Translations under genes and position numbers: made by a program
Assembly: GCF_018977255.1 (NCBI RefSeq)
Contig: NW_024704743.1
Span: 71,178,001 to 71,242,000, forward strand
Length of the DNA stretch: 64,000 bases
Source: Callorhinchus milii
Lineage: Eukaryota
Reading direction: 5' to 3'
Part shown: positions 53,917 through 64,000 of the stretch, piece after piece
Position numbering within the stretch: position 1 is the stretch's first letter
Layout of the letters: each line of letters opens with the position of its first letter
The notes under the pieces: model-generated
What the model was told of the DNA's origin: nothing
Seen by the model: the letters and a program-made list of their open reading frames with translations, nothing else
Databases searched by the model: none

Positions 53917-54302
53917 GCTTCAAAGCCCTCCGTGGTCTTGCTCCCCCCTACCTCTGCGACCTCTTAACTCCCTACCATCCTGTTCGCTCCCTCCGCTCAG
54001 CGGGCTCCGGGCTGCTTCATGTTCCCCGCCTCGCTCACCCCACTATTGGTGGGCAGGTCTTCTGCCACTCCACCCCCACCCTCTGGAACTCCATCCCAGT
54101 CCCTCCGCCTCGGCCCTCCTTTGTCTCCTTCAAGACCCATCTCAAGACCCTCCTCTTTGACTGTGCCTTTCGATCTCCCTGCTTCCCATCCTGCCCTCCA
54201 CCCTCCCCGATCCCGAGCTCGGGTCTGTAACGCTGTCTGTCCAGCGCCCTGGGACGTCCTCCCGATGTGAAAGGCGCTATACAAATGTAATTTTGGTGTT
54301 GT
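53917..54302 (+). mobile_element. L2 LINE 3' fragment in ABITRAM intron 1 (antisense to gene)
   Basis: Matches 62210-62596 region; tail GGGACGTCCTCCCGATGTGAAAGGCGCTATACAAATG. Confidence 0.85.
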
Positions 54303-54988
54303 TTAAAGATAGTGGTAAATAGGTGGAAATAAACCACTCGGGTGAGCAAAGGCAGACTGCGTCAGTAAATTTGGGGTGTTTTAGACAGGCAAGGAGGGAG
54401 GGAGGGAGGGAGGGAGGGAGCCATGGGGACTTTCGGATGGAGTGCCAGAGAGTGGGGGCAGAATAGTGAGCAGTTCATCTACGATGGTGAGATGGTTGGT
54501 TCGCTTAGCGAAGGGAGCGGCCGGGTCACAGAGCTACAATGGGATGAAACTACGGAGGGATTTGGATGTGAGAAGAAGAATATTGAATTCAATCCGCTGG
54601 CGGCCGGGGAGCGGCCGGAGCTCAGTGAGGGTGAGGGCTGGTGGGGCTCACAGGTCCCGGCACAGGAGAGGAGAGTGTGCGGTGTGTGTGATGGGAGGCT
54701 GGGCCTGGCCGGACAGAGGGTCAGCAGGGGGCTTTCCAGAGGAGTTACATCTGCCGCAGTGGAAGATTTGCTGATGTTTTTCCTGTATCCCAACATGGTC
54801 CCCATGACTGGACCATCCCGGCGGCCTGGACTGATGATGGCGAGTCAGCCGCTCAGGTCCTGCAGCAGTGACAGACAGAGGCCCTGTACAGCAGCTCAGC
54901 TCAGCTCAGCTCAGGCACCGACTCTTACTGTTAACCCTACAAACTGACGTGAAGCTCCTCACGGTGAGTGTGGCTCAGCGCCGCCCAC

Positions 54989-55067
54989 CTGTCTTGTACC
55001 AGCGGGTGAAGTACCGCTCCACCACGGACGGGCAGCTCGCAGCCTCCCCCTCCCCCTCCTCCGCCAT
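54989..55067 (-). CDS. ABITRAM: ABITRAM coding exon 1 (MAEEGEGEAASCPSVVERYFTRWYKT)
   Basis: ATG at 55067-55065; ACA G|gtgggc donor; 79 nt; PS.V.RYFTRWYK motif of ABITRAM/FAM206A. Confidence 0.95.
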
Positions 55068-55092
55068 CACGACAGCCACCGAACCACCGCGC

Positions 55093-55307
55093 ACAGCCCT
55101 CACCGGAAGTGGGGCATCGCCTCGCGCCGTGCCCCAGGTGACAGCCCTCACCGGAAGTGAGGCGTCGCCTGGCGCCGTGCCCCAGGTGACAGCCCTCACC
55201 GGAAGTGAGGCATCGCCTGGCGCCGTGCCCCAGGTGACAGCCCTCACCGGAAGTGAGGCGTCGCCTGGCGCCGTGCCCCAGGTGACAGCCCTCGCCGGAA
55301 GTGGGGC
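55093..55307. repeat. 48-bp tandem repeat (4 full copies plus a partial) with ETS/GABP core CCGGAAGTG in each unit
   Basis: Unit ACAGCCCTCACCGGAAGTGAGGCRTCGCCTGGCGCCGTGCCCCAGGTG at 55093, 55141, 55189, 55237; partial at 55285. Confidence 0.95.
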
Positions 55308-55317
55308 AGTGGCGTGG

Positions 55318-55329
55318 TGCGCACGCGCG
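55318..55329. promoter_or_regulatory. NRF1-type site TGCGCACGCGCG
   Basis: Matches YGCGCAYGCGCR; adjacent to the ETS array in the CpG island. Confidence 0.65.
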
Positions 55330-55840
55330 TGGTCTCCCGGTTGTGGGCAGCAGGAACTGGGGGTGGAGGGATGAGAAAGGTACAGAGGTGCAGTGTCTGT
55401 GATTAACAGAGCAACTGTTAGCAGAGGTTTATCAATCAATAAAGATAGTTTGAAGTGAAAAGTGCTACCTTATGTGAGGGAACCTGGATACATTTTTTTC
55501 CTGTTTCGCCCACAAAATATACAGTCACTGTACAGTATATTCTGTGATGCGCTTTGAGACGTCTCGAGGACGTGATAAGGTGCTATATCAAATGCAAAGA
55601 TTATTATAATTATATTATTAAATATACAAGTTGTTGTATTAGAAAAGGGAAGGGAGCGTCTCCAGGCGTCCCGGCCAACAATCCTAAAAGTAAAATTGGT
55701 CACTCACTCACCTCACGGCTGTTTGTAAGACATTGCTGTGCGCAAACTGACTGCCACGTTCGCCTCGGTTGGGAAGAGCTAAGGCTTAGAAACTCCAGAG
55801 TGTACATTGAGGGTACTATTGGAATTTAACCAGTTAAAAC

Positions 55841-56160
55841 TGTAGCTCAATGGTTGAGCACTCGCTTTGCAAGCGAGAGACCTGAGTTCAATTCCAGGCA
55901 GGGCGAAACCTTGGGCAAGTTTCCTTACTCCACACGCCTAATAATAATCCCTCCAAAACAAAAAAAACAATAATAAATTGGTCATTTTCAATCTACGACT
56001 GTTTGTGGGACATTGCTGTGCGCAATTGGCTGCCGCGTTCGCCCACTAATATACAGTCAATTCACTTTACAGTGTGTTCTGTGAAGCGCTTTGGGACGTC
56101 CTCCCGACGTGAAAAGCGCTATATCAAATGCAAGGATTATTATTATTATTATTATTATTA
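55841..56160 (+). mobile_element. Young tRNA-derived SINE, short form, long (TTA)n tail
   Basis: Near-identical family copy; possible TTAAAAC target duplication overlapping the tail. Confidence 0.92.
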
Positions 56161-57616
56161 AAACAGCATTGCCTCATGTTCAAATCTCTCCACAACCTTG
56201 CTTCACCCTATCTCCTCCAACCATTCCATCCCAGTCACTCCCTTCACTCAATGATCACTGACCTGCCTCATGTCTCTTGACCCTGTCTGGCTGCCACTTT
56301 CGCCTACAAATATACAGGCACTTCACGGTAAAATCCTGTGAAGAGCTTTGAGATGTTCTGACAATGTGATAAAGCACTATATCAAACGCAAACAAGTTGT
56401 TAGCCATTCCGGCCCATTGTCTGGAATTCCATCCTGAAGTCCCTCTAACTTGCTCCTTTCCTCCCCTCTTTCAAGGCATGCCTCAAAACATATCTCTTTG
56501 ATGGTGCTTTTAGTCATCTTTCCTCTCCCCACCTCCTTGGCCCCCACAATCAGGTGGGTGCCCATTCAGCACAGTGAAGTGCTTTGAGACGTTGTTGGTA
56601 TGTGAAAGGTGCTATATAAATGTGAATTGTATTAGATTGAGAGCACTGTCTGGCAAGCTTCTATTGATTGCCCAGCTAAGATCACATAGCTGTTAGGGCT
56701 TTGACTTGTAGGATTAACAGGAGCTGGGTGGGAAGAATCCCTGCTCCCCATGACTAGTTTGCCCCTCCAAGCTGAACAGCCAGGCTGACGGGTCTGTTTT
56801 TCAGCAGTGCCCTGGAGTACTGTGATCCCACCTGGCTCAAGAACTGGACTTCTGAGACCACCACAGAGGGCTACTCTAGAAAGCTATAGAGGCAGAATCA
56901 ATAGAGATGTTTAAACAAAACATAAACAGATATGTGAGTAATGGAATGAGTGGGGGTTACGGATGGAGCTTTGGGACGAAAAGATATGCCAAAATCAAAT
57001 AAGTTGGTAAACAGGCACAATGGGTTAATTGGCCTTCTTCTGTTCCTTTTTTCTATGTTAGCTATTGCCACTTTCATTGTATAATTTCCAAGAATTTATT
57101 TCCCTTTTACCTACCCTCACAATTTAAAATTCTAACATCTGGAATCATCAGCATTTGGTGTGAGTTAGAGAGGGAAGCAATAAAGCACAGGTGGAAAAAA
57201 CCCATCTTGGTCAGGGACCAATTGTGAGGAAGAAAATCTGAGGATCGAGTGGAGGCCAAGATTGTGTACTGATTTGATGAGTTTGAGAGAGAGACCTGGA
57301 AAGTTAGGAAGGTCAGAGTCGGAAGTAAGGAGACGTTGGCCAGAGGCAAGGAGCATGGCTTCTGTCGTGTCCATGTATAATTGCAAGAAATCAAGGCTCA
57401 TCCAGGGATATGGATCCAACATGAAAAATAGTGATGAGATTGGATAGTAGCTAACTAACTACAGGCTGAATTCTATTTTATTATTTCAATGCTAACCAAG
57501 TTATGCCGTGTTACATCATATTATTTAGTGGTGCATACATAAAATGTATTTTATTCATCATTTGCAAGAGGGTAGATGTATAATCATAATAATCCTCACA
57601 TTTGTTACAGCACCTT

Positions 57617-57938
57617 ATAATAATAATAATAATAATCATTGCATTTGATATAGCGCTTTTCACGTCGGGAGGACGTCCCAAAGCGCTTCACAGAACACAC
57701 TGTAAAGTGAGTTGACTGTATATTTGTGGGCGAACGCGGCGGCCAATTGTGCACAGCAATGTCCCACAAACAGTCGTAGATTGAAAATGACCAATTTATT
57801 ATTGTTTTTTGTTTTGGAGGGATTATTATTAGGCGTGTGGAGTAAGGAAACTTGCCCAAGGTTTCGCCCTGCCTGGAATTGAACTCAGTTCTCTCGCTTG
57901 CAAAGCGAGTGCTCTAACCACTGAGCTACAGGACTCCA
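57617..57938 (-). mobile_element. Young tRNA-derived SINE, short form
   Basis: Reverse complement of the family consensus, full length. Confidence 0.92.
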
Positions 57939-58433
57939 CAAATTTTATGTCAGAAGGATGTCCATCCTAGAATGTCTGTCCTAGGAAGGGTAGTGACCGT
58001 GTATTTTGTAGGGAAATATGGCAGCTAATTTGTGTACAATAACGTCCCACAAACAGCCATAAACTGAATGACCATTTTTTAATTTGAGGTAATGTTGGCT
58101 AGTTCACCATGCGAAACCTTTCTCTTTTCCAATATTGCCACAAGATGCTTAACATCCACCCGAGCAGGCAGACAAGATCTCAGTTTAATGCCCCATCAGA
58201 AAGAAGGCAACTCCAACAATGCAGTGCACTTGGAGTGTCACTGTTGAGTTCAAGGTCCCACTCCATTTGATGGGAAGACAATCAAAGTGCACCACCTGAT
58301 AACTCGTTTCCGCATTTGGACAGTGCAAATAATCCATCTATGAAACATAGTGCTAAAGAATGTCGTTCGGTACTCATGTCAAATCCTTTTCACCTTTAAA
58401 AGTTCCTGACAAAATTTGAGGTGAATTTACCAG

Positions 58434-58757
58434 TAATAATAATAATAATAATAATAATCCTTGCATTTGATATAGCGCTTTTCACGTCGGGAGGACGTCC
58501 CAAAGCGCTTCACAGAATACACTGTAAAGTGAATTGACTGTATATTTGTGGGCGAACGCGGCAGCCAATTGCGCACAGCAATGTCCCACAAACAGTCGTA
58601 GATTGAAAATGACCAATTTATTATTGTTTTTAGTTTTGGAGGGACTATTATTAGGCTCTGTGTGGAGTAAGGAAACTTGCCCAAGGTTTCGCCCTCTGCC
58701 TGGAATTGAACTCAGGTCTCTCGCTTGCAAAGCGAGTGCTCTAACCACTGAGCCACA
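58434..58757 (-). mobile_element. Young tRNA-derived SINE, short form
   Basis: Reverse complement of the family consensus, (TAA)n tail at left. Confidence 0.92.
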
Positions 58758-60982
58758 GTAACTGCCCTAGGTTGGAGCTTGAACCTGCTGTTCACTATAC
58801 CCCTGGCTTTTTCTTTAGAATCTTTTCTCTATATTTTGATGAGGGCTGAAGGCTTCAGGTCTTTAACCTTCTGTCAGCTATTTTACGCTTGATCACGCTG
58901 CTGATGCTTCAGAGCCTGTCTGTCTTTTTTTCATCCCAAACTGGCAAATTTCACAGAGCATGAAATGATGGTTCAGCTGGAGATCCTCAGCAGGATTCCA
59001 GCCATAGGAGAGGTTAGATATGCCCGTGCACAGTATTTGAAAGCATGTAGTGGAGCATAACCACAGAAAAAAATGCTTTAAAAACTATGAGGAAATGTTG
59101 CAATAAAATCAGTGACTGTCCAGCCATTTTGCAATGCTTACTGCTTTGTACACTTCGCTTATAGAATCATAGAATCGTACAGCACAAAAAGAGGCCATTC
59201 GTCCCATCGAGTTTGTGCTGGCTCTTTGAATAGAGCTATTAATGTCAATCCCACTCCCCAACCCTTTCCCCATAACCCTGCAAACCCTTCCTCCTCAAAT
59301 ACCCGTCCACCGTGTTTTTAAAAGGGACAGCTTATACTGGAAGAAATACTGTACGACAGAAGTTGTCCCGACAGGGGTAGTTTTATGTACACAATCAATG
59401 CTAAAAAGTCAGGGGTTCTTATTTTCACAGTTAAATATCTTATCTCATGCATTGCATGTCTAGTCAACTGAAGTTTTATTAGACAACTTGAGAGGGTTTT
59501 TTAAGCTCCTGTAATTTCTACAGCTCTATTATTCTATAGTTCCATGATAAAGTGCCAGTTTTGAAGATAAAGCAGAATAATAGCAAAAAAGCTTTTGACT
59601 CTTCCAGGCAATCCCATAAAGATATGAAACAGAAAAATGAGCTAGTCACTTTGACTCTGCAGCCATACTAATGTGACACTCGTCAGATACAGTTCAGTGC
59701 CAGATGTTTAATTCATAGGAAAACAATTCATTCATTCAGAGGAGGAGGCGTCAATCATCCAAACCACCATCTCAATGAAAAAAACTAATCTCTAAAAAAA
59801 ACTGCTACTGGTTAGACAAGATACATAAAGTATTCCCCAAATGTGATCAGTAGAGGGCAATAGAATTCAATGTTTAGATATCAATGCCACAATTTTGAAC
59901 TTTTACTGAAGGTGTAGAGCCAGATATTTTTATAAGGTTCCTAATTAACAGTTTGCTTTAATAAATAGTTTATATTTATTAAATTTAAAGGGATAGGTTT
60001 AAAATATTTTAAAGAAAACGGGTGAAAAATGTTATCTTTAATATCATACCTATCACTGGTGTGAATTAGCACACTGTGAGCCATTCTCTTCCTGGTGATG
60101 TCCCAGTCGATGACTGACAGTGGCTGAACATTCAATTCCGTTACTTTGCCAAGTGGAAGCAACCAAAGCTGCTTTCAGAAGCCGTTGAGCTGGTCTTTGG
60201 TGGAACTTGGACCTGCAGCCATGTGGAACCCAGCAATTCAGTGCAGGTTTGTCGAATGCACCTTTACTCAACTCTTCAAAGTTAAAAATCCCTTTGTTAA
60301 ATATGCTCCACTCTATCTCTGCAATGTCCCCTGTCCATATCCTCTGTCCTTTTGAATCTGGATATTGCTCATTCCTCATTTCATTATTGCACCATTGATA
60401 GCTGAGCCTTCAAAAAGTACTCTACTGTCTGGAAATCTGGGAAAATCCCTTTACCTTTTGCTAACTCTCTCTGTCTTCAAAATTGTCTTGTAAACAATTT
60501 GTCCCAGGCTTTGGTCAACACCTTCAGACTTATCCTCCTTTCCTCCCTCCTTGGGATTCCTCAACTTTGTGAACCATTTTGAGATGTTTACCAACAAAAT
60601 AACAGTACGTAGTTTGGGACATGATATGTCTTCTTTCACCTAACAAATTTTTATGTTCCTGTGTTCTCATAGGTGCAATTAGTGATGCACATTGATCAAT
60701 GATATCCCCAGTTCTCAAAGATTTGAATTAATTCAAATCCATGTGGCTGGAGAAAGTCAAAATCAGTGCCATAGGGATTCTACAGGCTCCAGTTTTTCAT
60801 AACCCAATATAAAAGAACATTTCTTGGATAATATGTGTTGGTGGTCTGTTAGCTTATTGCAGTGTATTACAGTGCAAGGACCTTACGTTCTACTTCAATT
60901 AACTTTTACCTGTGTATATTTTACAAGACAAGTTTACATTTCTGTAACGCCTTTCACATTCAAATGATATCCCAAAGCGCTT

Positions 60983-62596
60983 AATCGACCACCTGCTCCC
61001 TCGACCCCATCCCTACCCTGCTCCTTGCCTCCCAGCTCCACCTCCTTGCCCCTCTCACTGACATCAAAAACCTCTCCCTGTCTACTGGTACTGTTCCCAC
61101 CCCCTTAAAAATGGCCATCATCACTCCTATCCTTAAAAAAACCCTCCCTGGACCCATCACTGCTCTCAAATTAGCGCCCAATTTCCAACCTCCCTTTCCT
61201 TTCCAAGTTCCTGGAATGAGTTGTTGCATCCCAGCTTCGCTCCTTCCTCTCCCGCCACTCTCTTCACAAACCCTTCCAATCAGGTTTCCACAGCACAGAA
61301 ACAGCCCTGGTCAAAAGTGGCAAATGACATTCTGTCCATCTGCAACCAGGGCTCTCTCTGCCTCCTTGTCCTCCTTGAACTCTCTGCTGCTTTCAATACC
61401 GTCGACCACTCTATCCTCATCCACTGCCTCTCCTCTCACCTCAGCCTTCATGGTTCTGTCTTTGACTGATTCAGATCGTACCTGTCACACCGCCTCCACT
61501 TCATCTCCACAAACGGTTTCTCCTCTAGCCCCTACACTGTCTCGTGTGGCATTCCTTGGTCCCCTCCTCTTCAACATCTACATGCTCTCTCTTGGTGACA
61601 CCATCCACAGACACGGGGTCAACTTCCACGTATGCAATGACACCCAACTCTATCTCTCTGCCTCCACCCTGGACTCCAGGACCACTATTGTCCTGACAGA
61701 ATGTCTGTCAGACATCAAGTCCTGGATGAGGGCTACCTTTTCCCAGTTGAACATCAACAAGACCGAGGCTCTCCTGATTGGCTCCGTCAGCGCCTCCACA
61801 CCTCAGGTGCTGACAGCATCACCATCTATGGTTGCACACTCCACCTCACTAAGCCAGTCCGGGAACTTGGGGTCTTGTTTGATCCTTAACTATCCTTTCT
61901 ACTCCACATCTGTGCATGACCCGTACTGCCTTCCCCCACCTCTGCAACATTGCTCGGTTCCGCCACTGTCTCACACCGCAGGCCACCGAAACCCTCAAGC
62001 ACGCTTTCATTACATCGAAGCTTGACTATGCAAACTTCTTGCTTGTTGGCCTCCCCAACTCCTCCCTCCATAGGCTGCAGATTATCCAGAACTCTGAAGT
62101 CCATATCCTCTCCTGCACCAGGCTCTGTGATCCTATTACCCCCATCATCGCCCGACTCCACTGGCTTCCCATCACACAGAGGATACAGTTCAAGATGCTG
62201 GTCCTCACCTTCAAAGCCCTCCAAGGTCTTGCTCTCCCCTACCTCTGCGACCTCCTACCAACGATTCTGGTCCCTCCGCTCAGCGGGCTTCGGCCTGCTT
62301 CACATCCCCTGTCTCACCCGCCCTACCATTGGTGGGCGGGCCTTCTGCCACTCTGCCCCCACTCACTGGAACTCCATTCCATAGTCCCTCCACCTCGCCC
62401 CCTCCCTTACCTCCTTCAAGACTCATCTCAAGACCCTCTTCTTTGACTGTGTTTTCGATCTCCCTGCTTCCACCCCTGCCCTTCACTCTCTCCGATCCCG
62501 ACCCCCAGCTCGGGTCCGAAACTCTCTCTGTCCAGCACCTTGGGACGTCCTCCTGACATGAAAGGCGGTTTACAAATGTAATTTTGTTGTTGTTGT
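60983..62596 (+). mobile_element. 5'-truncated, frameshifted L2-clade LINE
   Basis: TCSLDPIPT, AIITPILKK, LSAAFNTVDH, DTQLYLS, KLDYANFLLVGLP, LHWLP motifs; same family and tail as 1995-3369. Confidence 0.93.
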
Positions 62597-64000
62597 AACA
62601 GTACTGTCTGGGCAGCCAAACTGAGAGTGGGATTCGAGGGGGTGGGGAGGAGAAAGATGACTGAAAGAGTTGTCTTAAGATAGGTCTTGAGAAGTAGGTC
62701 TTGAGACGGACATTGAATCTGTTATCACATCAAAGAAATATTAGCATAGCTATGCAAAAAAAAATGCATTTGCATCCAGCGAGCCAGTACGTTTCTCGAA
62801 TGGTGCACTTCTGCTTGTTCAAGCACATTAAATTGCAGAGAATACATCACATACCTGAATTCTACTGACGCACTGCTGCAGCAACAAGATTACCAATGTT
62901 ATAGTCAGGTATGATACTTTTCCTATTAGTATTAGTGAAATTAAAATATTCTGTATAAAGTGAACCATATTAGTAAACTTTATTTGGCTTGATTTTATCC
63001 TCAGTTTATGTAATTGCTATGAATCTGCATTCTCGGTTCCTTTGAGACTGTTAGTGCAAAGTGGTTATTTTATATCTCAATCTAATTAGGTCCAACTCAT
63101 AATCATTAATCGTGTGTGACTAGATACACTGATAAAGATCAGCAGAATGCAACAAATGATAAAATAAAGTTAATGCACTGGTAAAATATGGCGTAACATT
63201 GGAGATGGAGTATTGCAGGCATGAGGTGTTTCTGTTTTTCTCTCTCCACCAATTTTCTCTCTTCCCCTCCTATACTGACACTTTTGTTCTTTCTACATTG
63301 ATGCCATTCTACTTCTGGTGCCTCAATCAAGGAGCCATGATTCATGTGCGAGCCTTGGCAGAGAGGTTCAGCAGCCTATTCATCTGTGGAGGGCTATCAC
63401 AGTTGGATCCTATTCATACAGAATATCCACATTCCCGGGCCTTCCATGGAGGTTGCTGGAGAGTGATCAAGACTTGGAAGGGCTTAGCTTGCTCTTTCTA
63501 AACCAAGTGCACTGAACATACTATCTTTGTAGCGTCCCCACTTCCTCCCAGCTCCAGCTACTATTCTGTCTGAGTTCAACTAACTCAGCAAGGATTGGGA
63601 GTCATCTGACATCCATCCAGCCTGTGTCCCAATACTGCACTGGGTGGCTCCATCACCAACACAGCCACCATAGGAGCAAAGATACTTTCTTCTGATCAGA
63701 AAGTTGTTGTGATGATAGAAGATACTAAAAAAGTGGAACTACTTTAGTTTCTCATTCTTGAAAATACTGAAGAATCAATACTCTAATCTTAAGTGAAGAG
63801 CTCTAGGATACAATTGTGTTAACTGGTGAGTTTATCTGATTGCAGCACTAAAGGGTACAAGTTGCTGCATCTATTGATCAGCTGGGAAAACACCTGGTGT
63901 GTGACAAATGTAGCAACCATAACATTACGCTGATATAATGTGATTTTAATCTGAGCTACCTTTGAACAACGTTTGATACATCAGAATATGTGGACTTTAT

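Larger units (their letters stand above)
54590..55345. promoter_or_regulatory. CpG-island-like promoter/first-exon region of ABITRAM
   Basis: GC- and CpG-rich segment in an otherwise AT-rich, CpG-poor window; spans exon 1; contains CCGGAAGT, TGCGCACGCGCG and TGACGT motifs. Confidence 0.85.

Noticed and set aside
55093..55307. Regular repeat array as a CRISPR array or repeat-protein gene (ORFs 54868-55374 and 54975-55439)
   Set aside because: Units are contiguous with no unique spacers and no cas genes; the long ORFs arise from a GC-rich 48-bp unit; only 55067-54989 matches a known protein
59087..59164. ATG AGG AAA... as the ELP1 start
   Set aside because: Peptide MRKCCNKISD does not match the ELP1 N-terminus and stops after 25 codons
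60050..60212. Minus-strand exon candidate (cag|GTCC...GATAG|gtatga)
   Set aside because: Weak pyrimidine tract, stops in all three frames and no recognisable peptide
61111..62446. Longest ORFs (304 aa, 176 aa) as host genes or an active LINE
   Set aside because: Frameshifted, 5'-truncated L2 ORF2 pieces with a damaged YADD motif and no endonuclease domain
63540..63680. Possible ancient SINE-like remnant on the minus strand
   Set aside because: Similarity too weak to assign without a profile search

Overview
Vertebrate genomic DNA, probably a cartilaginous fish (inferred from the DeuSINE/L2/CR1 repeat content). Two protein-coding genes lie tail-to-tail. (1) The 3' 15 coding exons of CTNNAL1 (alpha-catulin) on + (8027-46823), all with consistent phases and GT-AG introns; the 5' exons are outside the window. 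(2) A complete 6-exon ABITRAM (FAM206A/Simiate) gene on - (55067-50585, 180 aa) with one GC-AG intron. Its CpG-rich promoter/5' region carries a 48-bp tandem repeat with five ETS/GABP sites plus an NRF1-type site. The rest is dominated by retroposons: a young tRNA-Ala-derived SINE (short and long forms) sharing its 3' tail with L2 LINEs, older DeuSINE copies, L2 and CR1 remnants, palindromic MITE-like elements, and an unclassified dispersed family (about 9 copies) with a fixed A-tailed end and a possible antisense RT remnant. I see no prokaryote-type system (CRISPR, operon). The most novel candidates are that repeat family, the promoter VNTR and the SINE rearrangements. Exon coordinates were read base by base; repeat boundaries are approximate.
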